Of a DNA stretch of 64,000 nt, positions 11,286-19,242 are shown piece after piece. The stretch covers positions 4,024 to 68,023 of the forward strand of contig JAQGPC010000268.1 of assembly GCA_028293285.1 (NCBI GenBank), in the 5' to 3' direction. Every line of letters begins with the position of its first letter. The stretch's first letter is position 1. The notes beneath the pieces are model-generated. The model saw only the letters and a list, made by a program, of their open reading frames with translations, did no database searches and was not told the DNA's origin. This stretch comes from Pedosphaera sp. (GTDB lineage: Bacteria; Verrucomicrobiota; Verrucomicrobiia; Limisphaerales; Pedosphaeraceae). Made by a program: the position numbers and the translations under genes.

Positions 11286-12290
11286 ATGACTCAAACGGTG
11301 GCTTTGGATCGCGAGAGACTCAAACAGGTGATTGCCGATTTGGGAAGCAAAGGCGTATTCATCGGCACCTCCTCGTGGAAATATCCGGGCTGGATGGGAC
11401 AGCTTTACACGGAGGATCGTTATATCTGGCGCGGAAAATTTGCGGAGAGCCGGTTCAATAATAATTCGCTGGCGGAATATGCGGAGGTGTTCAAAACGGT
11501 TTGCGTGGACGCGGCGTATTATAAATTTCCTGATCGACGCTATTTGGAAGGTTTAATTAAAGAAGTGCCGGACGACTTTCGTTTCACGTTCAAGGTGACG
11601 GATGATATTACGATCAAGCGATTTTCCAACCTGCCACGTTATGGGAATCGGGCGGGCAAGGTGAATGAACATTTTTTAAATGCGGAACTGTTTGCGCGCG
11701 GGTTTTTAGCTCCGTTCGAGGAGTTCAAAAAAAATGTTGGAATGATCATTTTTGAGTTTGCGCGATTTTATCGGACTGACTTTGCGCAGGGGCGGGAGTT
11801 TGTGGAACTGTTGGATAGGTTTCTTGCGCAGTTGCCGAAGGGCTGGCGTTACGGGGTGGAGATTCGGAACCGGACTTTTCTGCAGCCGGAATATTTCGCG
11901 ATGCTGGCGCGTCATGGAGTGGCGCATGTCTATAATAGCTGGGCGGAGATGCCAGCGGTCAGTGAACAATTGGCGTTGCCGGGGAGTGTGACGAATCCGG
12001 AATTTGCGGGAGCGCGGTTTTTGCTGAAACCGGGGCGCACATATCAAGAGGCGGTGGATCGGTTTAGTCCTTACAAGGAAATCAAGGAGAGATACGAGGA
12101 AGCGCGGGCGGCGGCGGTCAGGTTACTACTCATGGTTTTAAAAGACGTGGAACCGCGCGAGTTGTTTCTTTACTTCAATAATCGATTGGAAGGAAATGCG
12201 CTGCTTACCATCCTGGCGGTTTTGGAACTGCTTGACGCGAAGTTGGAGGAATTGGAACGAGCCAAGCCCGTCCCTGCTGTGGGAGGCTAA
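11286..12290 (+). CDS. DUF72 family protein
   Basis: 'GTSSWKYPGWMGQLY' is the typical DUF72 (UPF0759) N-terminal motif. Start placed at the ATG at 11286 ('MTQTVALD'). Confidence 0.8.
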   Translation: MTQTVALDRERLKQVIADLGSKGVFIGTSSWKYPGWMGQLYTEDRYIWRGKFAESRFNNNSLAEYAEVFKTVCVDAAYYKFPDRRYLEGLIKEVPDDFRFTFKVTDDITIKRFSNLPRYGNRAGKVNEHFLNAELFARGFLAPFEEFKKNVGMIIFEFARFYRTDFAQGREFVELLDRFLAQLPKGWRYGVEIRNRTFLQPEYFAMLARHGVAHVYNSWAEMPAVSEQLALPGSVTNPEFAGARFLLKPGRTYQEAVDRFSPYKEIKERYEEARAAAVRLLLMVLKDVEPRELFLYFNNRLEGNALLTILAVLELLDAKLEELERAKPVPAVGG

Positions 12291-12998
12291 TCATTCTTCG
12301 TATTCGTCCGAGCCTTGAACCCAGAGGAAGGATTGAAGGTCGATCATGTCCTGTGGTTGTAGATCGCGCAGGTCATGGCGCACGACGCGGGCAAATTCAA
12401 GCAGACTGTCATAGATTTCCATGGAAGGGCGGGACTGATATTGAAAGTCAAAGCCGTATTCGATGGCAGCGATGCGAGTGACGTTGGGTTTGAGAAAAAT
12501 GTGTCTGTCCGGCTGGGCGATGAATCCGAAAACGGTAACGAGTGGCCAAGTGAGCACGCGTGTTTGCCTGCGCGGCAGCATGGCCACGGTTTCACACCAA
12601 CGCTCGAACTTGGATTCTATTTCCCCCGGGCCATGGAGGAAATCGAAGAGTCCCTCCGCAAACAGGCGCGCACCAGCCAGCGATTTTACCGCGTCGCGAA
12701 TGGCCATTTTTTCGAAGGAGAAGAGAAGATTGGTTCGGGATTCAATTCTGATGGCGCGGGCGGCGATCTCGGAAAACTTATCTTCGCGCAATAGCATGCG
12801 GAAGGTGGTGTGATCGAGGGATTGACTCCAGTGTTCGAAGGCCCGCCATTTATAGCCGCGTTCCCAATGATAATATTTCTCGTCGCGGAAGCCTTTGGGA
12901 AAGAAGCGCAAGAACTTGCGACGGCAGCGGAGGGCGCTTACTGGAATTCCCGTGCGCCGCGCGGGATGCGTCACCGTTGCATGTCTTCGAAGGGCCAC
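12291..12998 (-). CDS. conserved hypothetical protein
   Basis: 235-aa ORF with coding-like composition and no motif I recognise. It abuts the DUF72 stop codon, convergently. Confidence 0.45.
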   Translation of the reverse strand: MALRRHATVTHPARRTGIPVSALRCRRKFLRFFPKGFRDEKYYHWERGYKWRAFEHWSQSLDHTTFRMLLREDKFSEIAARAIRIESRTNLLFSFEKMAIRDAVKSLAGARLFAEGLFDFLHGPGEIESKFERWCETVAMLPRRQTRVLTWPLVTVFGFIAQPDRHIFLKPNVTRIAAIEYGFDFQYQSRPSMEIYDSLLEFARVVRHDLRDLQPQDMIDLQSFLWVQGSDEYEE

Positions 12999-13226
12999 TT
13001 TTTTATTCTCCTTTTATAAATTTCGAAGGCGGTTTGCGGTTTGTCAACGTGGGGAACTGATAACTGACATGGGGGGTAGCGTCCTAATTTGAAATTATTT
13101 CCACGAAGCTGGCCTTTCAACTGTTCCGCCACCAGACAAGATAAGCCTGGCGGCAACAATTCCGCCTGTAATCTCGCCAGAAACGACGGTTGAAGTGGCT
13201 ATTGCTGCGGAAGTGAAAGGGAAGAA

Positions 13227-13391
13227 ATGAAAAAACGAATCATATTCGCCATCGTCCTGCTATCAATTGGTCTATGCCTTCAGATATTCGATTTGATTGG
13301 AGATAAGAAATTTTTGAAGCATGGCGTTTCGATTTTCCTTATTGGCACATCAATTTTCTTCGTCGTGCGCGGCAGTTTGAAACCAAATTAG
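13227..13391 (+). CDS. possible small membrane protein (54 aa)
   Basis: Hand-translated as 'MKKRIIFAIVLLSIGLCLQIFDLIGDKKFLKHGVSIFLIGTSIFFVVRGSLKPN*', which has two hydrophobic segments. It is below the ORF-track length cutoff and I see no homology evidence. Confidence 0.3.
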   Translation: MKKRIIFAIVLLSIGLCLQIFDLIGDKKFLKHGVSIFLIGTSIFFVVRGSLKPN

Positions 13392-13569
13392 GATACTACC
13401 GACATGGGCGGCGTCTTGACAAAGGCCAGCGGCCAGTTAGTTTTTTGCCCATATTAGCGGGCGATTTGCAAATGTATTGGTGCCTTCGTCCGCACAAAAA
13501 ACCAGAATTCCGCCACTCATTCTCATTAAAACGTCTCCCGAAAATCAACCCAGCAACGGAAGCGACGCG

Positions 13570-15087
13570 ATGGCCGAACGCCTGAGGGCCGCCGCCGAAG
13601 TGTTGGAAGCCGTCGCCGCTGATCGCGCGTTATTGGCAAAGATGTCCGCCGAAGAGCGGGATCGCCTGCTACAAGCGGCTGGTCAGATATTTTGTCCGGA
13701 CGTCAATGAGCGACGCCGGCTCACAAGGGCGAAACAGCGTCAACGTAAGGCCGAGAAGTTGGAACGCGACCAGGAAGTGCTGACGGGCACGGGTATCCGT
13801 GAACTGCGACGCAAGCCGGTGTTCACCACGCCGAATGCGTTGCCGCCGACGAATGTCGAGCAGCAAGAGGTGGAAGACCCGGATTTTCGCGAGGTCGTGG
13901 AGCCGCAAAATTGTTACATCTGCAAAAAAGATTATTCGCAGATACACCATTTCTACGACCAGTTGTGCCCCACGTGCGCGGAGACGAATTATCGCAAGCG
14001 GACGGAACTGGCGGATTTGAGCGGACGGGTGGCGTTGCTGACCGGTGGCCGAGTGAAGATTGGCTATCAAGCGGGAATCAAGTTACTGCGTTGTGGTGCG
14101 CAATTGATTGTTACGACACGGTTCCCGCGGGATTCCGCGGCACGGTATGCGGCGGAACCGGACTTCGAGAAGTGGGGACATCGGTTGGAAATTTTCGGGC
14201 TCGATTTGCGGCATACACCGTCCATCGAAGCGTTTTGCCGTCATTTGCTGGCGACGCGGAAGCGGCTGGATTTCATCATCAGCAACGCCTGCCAGACGGT
14301 GCGACGGCCGCCGGATTTTTATCATCACATGATGGAACAGGAGACCGGGCCGTTGCAGGACTTGCCGGAACGCGCGCGGCGACTGCTCGGCGCTTACGAA
14401 GGGTTGCGCGGGTATCAACTATTGCCCGAAGGCGAGGCGGTGCCGGCGTTGGTGGAACGGAGGCTTTCCGATGTGGCAGGGCTGACTCATGCGGCGGCGT
14501 TGTCGCAAGTGCCATTGCTGCCGGATGAATTGAAGGCGCAAAAGGATTTGTTTCCCGAGGGACGGCTGGATCAGGATTTGCAACAGGTGGATTTGCGCGA
14601 GCGGAATTCGTGGCGGTTCACTTTGGCGGAGGTGCCCACGGTGGAATTATTGGAGACGCAATTGGTGAATGCGGTTGCACCGTTTCTGCTGAACGCGCGG
14701 TTGAAACCTTTGATGCTGCGGACGCCGGAGCGGGACAAGCACATCGTGAATGTGTCAGCGGTGGAGGGACAGTTTTATCGCAAGTTCAAGACGACGCGGC
14801 ATCCGCATACGAATATGGCGAAGGCGGCGTTGAACATGATGACGCGCACTTCGGCGGCGGATTACCAGGTTGATGGCATCCATATGAACAGCGTGGATAC
14901 GGGCTGGGTTTCCGATGAAGATCCGGCAGCGACGGCGGCGCGCAAGCTGAAGGAGCATCGCTTTCATCCGCCGCTGGATATTGTGGACGGCGCGGCGCGG
15001 ATTGTGGACCCGATCATCAGCGGCTTCAACACGGGCAAACATATCTGGGGACAGTTTCTGAAGGATTATCGGTCGATTGATTGGTGA
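13570..15087 (+). CDS. SDR-family oxidoreductase with N-terminal coiled/zinc-ribbon-like extension
   Basis: 'VALLTGGRVKIGYQAG' is a Rossmann TGxxxxG-type motif in an SDR-like body. The N-terminal region carries 'CYICKK...CPTC'. Start placed at the ATG at 13570 ('MAERLRAAAE'); the longest ORF starts with TTG at 13477. Confidence 0.75.
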   Translation: MAERLRAAAEVLEAVAADRALLAKMSAEERDRLLQAAGQIFCPDVNERRRLTRAKQRQRKAEKLERDQEVLTGTGIRELRRKPVFTTPNALPPTNVEQQEVEDPDFREVVEPQNCYICKKDYSQIHHFYDQLCPTCAETNYRKRTELADLSGRVALLTGGRVKIGYQAGIKLLRCGAQLIVTTRFPRDSAARYAAEPDFEKWGHRLEIFGLDLRHTPSIEAFCRHLLATRKRLDFIISNACQTVRRPPDFYHHMMEQETGPLQDLPERARRLLGAYEGLRGYQLLPEGEAVPALVERRLSDVAGLTHAAALSQVPLLPDELKAQKDLFPEGRLDQDLQQVDLRERNSWRFTLAEVPTVELLETQLVNAVAPFLLNARLKPLMLRTPERDKHIVNVSAVEGQFYRKFKTTRHPHTNMAKAALNMMTRTSAADYQVDGIHMNSVDTGWVSDEDPAATAARKLKEHRFHPPLDIVDGAARIVDPIISGFNTGKHIWGQFLKDYRSIDW

Positions 15088-15156
15088 GGTACCAAGAGCT
15101 TTTATAAACAAGCCCAATTTAATGGTTCCATTGACATTGCGGCAGATTTCGTAAGA

Positions 15157-16578
15157 ATGAATCTGCTCAACTTAGATATGAAATTTCCAGGGAACCCATT
15201 TTTTCTGCTTTACCTGCTCTGGTTTTTCACACAATGCGCCAACTGTCCGGCCAAAGAAAAATCAGACGCGCCGAAAATTGGGGATGTTCCACCGCCGCTT
15301 ATTTTAAGGAGTCTGTTACAAGGTCCTCCAACAAATGGGGTAACGTGGGGGAAGTTACATGGGCGCGTAGTAGTGTTGGAATTTTGGGGAGTCAGGTGTG
15401 CTCCTTGTGTCGAAGCGATTCCACACCTAAACGAACTCGTGGCACAATTCGGTAAAAAACCAGTCGTCTTTATTTCGATTTCCAGCGAGAACGAAGAGTA
15501 TGTAAAGGGATTTTTGCATAAGACACCAATCAGCGGATGGATCGCTTCAGATGCCCTGCTTACACCTACGAGTAAAGGATTCTGCATCACGGGCATCCCG
15601 ACAACGGTCATCGTCGATGCAGCAGGCAGAATCGCGGCCATTACTCATCCTTCCCAACTCAAAGTTGAGCATTTAAACGAGGTGCTCGCGGGGAAGCCGT
15701 GTTCTTTGCCACAAAAGAAAAATTCAACTGCTGAAGAACCATCGATTGAACCAAAGCGGGAACCCATTCCAAAAAATATCACAGTCTCCATCAAGGGTCC
15801 ATTTCCAGTGCCCAAAGGAGCGTTCGACATTTGTTATTGGGACAAAGCCCATTGTATCTTCAAGGCTGAGAAGGCGTATTTACGCGATGCTTTAGCAGCT
15901 TTTTACGATATCAATCCCAAAATGATTTCAGAAGAAGGAAAGCTTTCCGAAAAATTATACGATATCAGCGTGGTTGGGCCACCAGACCGCAGACTTGAGA
16001 CGGTCTTTGAATTCGAAGAAGCACTCCGAACGACCTTGGGAATTGTAACGCAAACGAACACGAGCCAACATGAAGTATATGTAGTGAAAGCAGCCCCTCT
16101 CAGCGCCCCGGGACTTAGCGCAACGAAAATAAATGGGGGCGGAGGGCAGGAACCGGGTGGTTTTAAATTAGGGGGGGCTGAAATGAGCGTAGTCTGTAGT
16201 TGTCTCACGTTGGCCCTGAACAAACAGGTCATTGATGAAACTCATATGACGAATCTTTTAAGCGTTCAGATAAACTGGGAGCTTTCGGAAGCGGAGAAAT
16301 TGGGTTTTAGATTGGATAAGCGGATTCAGAAATTTATTGATGATAATCCGGGAGCGATTCTTAATGGTCCACTTCCCAAAGAGCTTAACACGGCAATCAC
16401 GCCCGAAGATTTGGAATTTTTAAAAGCGGAATTGACAAAACCGGAGAATGAACAATTTCAACCTGATCCTGCCAAAGTGATTAAAGCCGCGCGCGAGCAA
16501 TTAGGATTAGAATTGCAGCCTGCCATTCGTTTGCTGCCAGGGCTGGAGGTGCGCAAGGCCAAATCACGCATCGAATAA
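15157..16578 (+). CDS. TlpA-like thioredoxin domain fused to a TIGR03435-like C-terminal domain
   Basis: 'VVVLEFWGVRCAPCVEAIPHLNEL' is a CxxC redoxin motif. The C-terminal end 'AAREQLGLELQP...LEVRKA' resembles the 'EQLGLKLE' signature of the TIGR03435 (Solibacter-type) domain. Confidence 0.65.
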   Translation: MNLLNLDMKFPGNPFFLLYLLWFFTQCANCPAKEKSDAPKIGDVPPPLILRSLLQGPPTNGVTWGKLHGRVVVLEFWGVRCAPCVEAIPHLNELVAQFGKKPVVFISISSENEEYVKGFLHKTPISGWIASDALLTPTSKGFCITGIPTTVIVDAAGRIAAITHPSQLKVEHLNEVLAGKPCSLPQKKNSTAEEPSIEPKREPIPKNITVSIKGPFPVPKGAFDICYWDKAHCIFKAEKAYLRDALAAFYDINPKMISEEGKLSEKLYDISVVGPPDRRLETVFEFEEALRTTLGIVTQTNTSQHEVYVVKAAPLSAPGLSATKINGGGGQEPGGFKLGGAEMSVVCSCLTLALNKQVIDETHMTNLLSVQINWELSEAEKLGFRLDKRIQKFIDDNPGAILNGPLPKELNTAITPEDLEFLKAELTKPENEQFQPDPAKVIKAAREQLGLELQPAIRLLPGLEVRKAKSRIE

Positions 16579-16756
16579 CGAATAGATTGATCCTGGCAAT
16601 TTTGAATCGAGGGAACTTTTCAGTCATTTATTTTTAGTTCGACTGTAGGATCAGACCTCTATTCGCCTATGTAATTCGCCCCATGGAAATTTGGCGGCGG
16701 GTGGGGAATATTTTCTTATTCAGAGGGTTAAAGGGTAATCAACTCTACGGGAAAAA

Positions 16757-17974
16757 ATGAAACCCAGGCATGGCACGGCTCATCCCCCCGGAGCAGCCGG
16801 GGGCGATTCAAAGCCAGAGGCGATCACGAGCGCCAAGGCCCGTCCAAAACGTTTCAGGCGTTTGCGGCGATTGGGGGTTGTGTTGCTTATTCTCGGCGTG
16901 ATTTTAGGAGTTGGGCGCGCCATTCTTCCAACGGTGGTTCGAGACTACGTTAATCGCACGATTGACCGTAATCCGTTGTACACGGGCAGCATTGGGCTGG
17001 TGGAAATCCACCTATTGCGCGGGGCTTATTCCATTCGGGATGTGCGGCTCAACAAGACGACGGGGAATGTTCCGGTTCCGTTGTTTTCGGCGAAGCGGAT
17101 TGATTTCGCGATTCAATGGAATGCCCTCATTCACCGCAGGGTGGTTGCCCGGGTGCTGATGGAACAGCCGGAGTTGAATTTCGTGGATGCTCCCGGTGAA
17201 GGTGAGACGCAAACGGGCGCGGGCGGGCCGTGGCTGAAGATGATCCAGGATTTGTCGCCTTTCACGATTAATAGGGCGGTCATTCGGGATGGCATGGTCC
17301 ACTTCCGCACTTATCAGGAAAAGAAACCGGTGGATGTTTATCTTTCCCAAGTGGAGGGCACCATTGATAATCTCAGCAATATTCAAAGTGAAACCACTCC
17401 GCTCGTGGCGACCGTTGCTGCGACGGCGCTGGTGATGGACCAGGCCAAACTTGAATTCAAGATGACGCTGGATCCGTTCGCCTATCGTCCGACGTTTCAT
17501 TTCGTGCTGCGCATCCTTGGCCTCGATGTTACCAAAATCAACGACCTCGCGCTTACTTATGGCAAGTTCGATTTCAAGCGCGGTTGGTTTGATCTCGTTA
17601 TCGAGACGGATGCCAAGGAAGGTCAATTGACTGGTTATGTGAAACCGCTGTTTCGCGATTTGAAGGTGTTTAGTCTCCAACAAGATATCAAAGAGGACAA
17701 TGTTCTCCAATTCTTCTGGCAGGCGATGGTGGGTGCCGTGACCAAGGTTTTTAAAAACCAACCGCGCGATCAGTTCGGCACGCTGATTCCGTTTAGCAGT
17801 GATGCAAGCGGGAGCACGAGCACAGACATTCTTGCCACGCTGGGTAATCTTTTGCGGAATGCGTTCGTTCGCGCCTACCTGCCGCGCCTGGAGAGCACTC
17901 CGCAAACGTACGAGGGGCTCCAATTCGGCGCACCTGATATAACGGACCCAATATCCCCGGGAGAGTCGCCGTGA
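16757..17974 (+). CDS. DUF748 domain-containing membrane protein
   Basis: An N-terminal TM segment ('LGVVLLILGVILGV') is followed by 'VRDYVNRTIDRNPLYTGSIGLVEIHLLRGAYSIRDVRL', which is typical of DUF748. Confidence 0.7.
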   Translation: MKPRHGTAHPPGAAGGDSKPEAITSAKARPKRFRRLRRLGVVLLILGVILGVGRAILPTVVRDYVNRTIDRNPLYTGSIGLVEIHLLRGAYSIRDVRLNKTTGNVPVPLFSAKRIDFAIQWNALIHRRVVARVLMEQPELNFVDAPGEGETQTGAGGPWLKMIQDLSPFTINRAVIRDGMVHFRTYQEKKPVDVYLSQVEGTIDNLSNIQSETTPLVATVAATALVMDQAKLEFKMTLDPFAYRPTFHFVLRILGLDVTKINDLALTYGKFDFKRGWFDLVIETDAKEGQLTGYVKPLFRDLKVFSLQQDIKEDNVLQFFWQAMVGAVTKVFKNQPRDQFGTLIPFSSDASGSTSTDILATLGNLLRNAFVRAYLPRLESTPQTYEGLQFGAPDITDPISPGESP

Positions 17975-17996
17975 CGACTTATTATAATACCTATTT

Positions 17997-18716
17997 ATGA
18001 AAACCATGATGAACCTTGTAAAAACAACTGCTGCGGTGCGTCGGTTGATGCTTGTGATTGGCCTGATTGCCGTTAGCGCGACATTGGGGTGCCATACTAA
18101 AACTCCGCAGAAACAGAATAAGGAATTTTTCACTTCCGGCAGTCGCGAGGCTGACCAGCGTGCCAGCCAGAGAATGGCCAAGGAAGAGCAACTGACCGGC
18201 TCTGGTGAAGGGGCCGGGGAAAAGAATGTTAAAAAAGCGGCCAAATCGGAAGGCTCGGAAAGTGGTTCAACGAATAAGGCCGCGCAGGCGGAGGGCAAGC
18301 TGGCGCTTTTTGATCGTCTCGGTGGTGAGAAGGGCATTACGGCCATTGTGGAGGACGCCACGCCGCGTATTCTGCAAGACCCGCGAGTGAACTTTTCACG
18401 CAGTGGAGTCAAGAGCACCGGGTTTTCGCTTAAGCGCGAGCGCACTGTCACCTGGCAGGCGACACCGGAGAATGTAGCGCAGTTTAAAAAGCATCTGGTC
18501 CAGTTTATTGCTCTGGCATCCGGAGGCCCGGCGCATTACGAGGGCAAAGACATGAAATCGGTGCATGCCGACATGAAGATTTCCAATCCGGAGTTCGATG
18601 CGGCGGTGGGAGATGTCAAGGCTTCGCTCGACAAGCTACAGATTCCGAATACGGAACAGAAGGAATTGCTGGCGATCATCGAAAGCACGCGGCCAGAGAT
18701 TGTGACGGTGCGGTAG
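17997..18716 (+). CDS. group-1 truncated haemoglobin-like protein with lipoprotein signal and low-complexity linker
   Basis: Lipobox 'SATLGC'. The globin part 'LFDRLGGEKGITAIVEDATPRILQDPRVN...FDAAVGDVKASLDKLQIP...ELLAIIES' resembles trHbN/cyanoglobin-type proteins. Confidence 0.75.
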   Translation: MKTMMNLVKTTAAVRRLMLVIGLIAVSATLGCHTKTPQKQNKEFFTSGSREADQRASQRMAKEEQLTGSGEGAGEKNVKKAAKSEGSESGSTNKAAQAEGKLALFDRLGGEKGITAIVEDATPRILQDPRVNFSRSGVKSTGFSLKRERTVTWQATPENVAQFKKHLVQFIALASGGPAHYEGKDMKSVHADMKISNPEFDAAVGDVKASLDKLQIPNTEQKELLAIIESTRPEIVTVR

Positions 18717-18723
18717 GAGAACT

Positions 18724-18782
18724 GAGCGCTGCAAATCATTTTTCGAAGAGGAGTTAGAGCCTCCTGACGTCGGCTGCTACCT
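18724..18782 (+). repeat. REP2 extragenic repeat, copy 1
   Basis: 'gagcgctgcaaatcatttttcgaagaggagttagagcctcctgacgtcggctgctacc' starts just after the trHb stop. Near-identical copies lie at 24207-24267 and, partially, at 23393-23440. Confidence 0.7.
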
Positions 18783-18833
18783 GTATTTGTAGCTGGCGCG
18801 ATTAATAATGCTCCCCTGATGATTGGTATAAAC

Positions 18834-18935
18834 TTACGGACGTGTCATCTGAAAAATGTGGTGGTCGTATTTGGAACTGTAGGTGTAGAAAAAGTTGGTG
18901 CTGTTGACATGACCTTCGTAAGGATCGCAAGGAGA
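18834..18935 (-). pseudogene. 3'-end relic of a paralogue of the 35063-35521 lipoprotein gene
   Basis: The minus-strand translation '...PYEGHVNSTNFFYTYSSKYDHHIFQMTRP*' aligns with the C-terminus 'YEGHANPTNYFSTYTSKYDHGIFQMTRP*' of the 35063 gene. Identity is ~82% nt over ~88 bp by hand alignment. An upstream in-frame stop leaves only ~42 codons. Confidence 0.5.
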
Positions 18936-19242
18936 GGGAGGTGTCCGGTACGAACGGATCAATCATCATGAGTCCAAGGTGGTTATCCACCATTCGGTTC
19001 AAGCCATAATTCTCTCCCGGCAATCCGTCGTCAACAATCCGGCCGCCAAAAAAATCTTGCGGGCCATTCCTCAACAAATTGGCCAGCTCGAACCACATCA
19101 ACGGATAAAAACATTTGTTATTCCGGCGGCTTTCTTCCGACGACACCTGTCAAAAAATGAGACAGCCCCCATGCGCCATTTTTTAATTGTAACCCGGCCA
19201 ACCGTGGAGCTATAAGTCCGTAAGTCGCAAAAAAAAGATCGG

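Noticed and set aside
17012-18451. A 479-aa minus-strand ORF spanning the DUF748 and trHb genes.
   Set aside because: It is antisense to two plus-strand genes that have recognisable domains. Its translation is Arg/Pro/Ser-rich with no motif and crosses the intergenic gap, which is typical of a shadow ORF.
18802-19146. A 114-aa minus-strand ORF between the trHb and DUF3570 genes.
   Set aside because: I see no recognisable similarity. Its 3' part overlaps the lipoprotein relic in a different frame. It probably represents degraded sequence rather than a gene.
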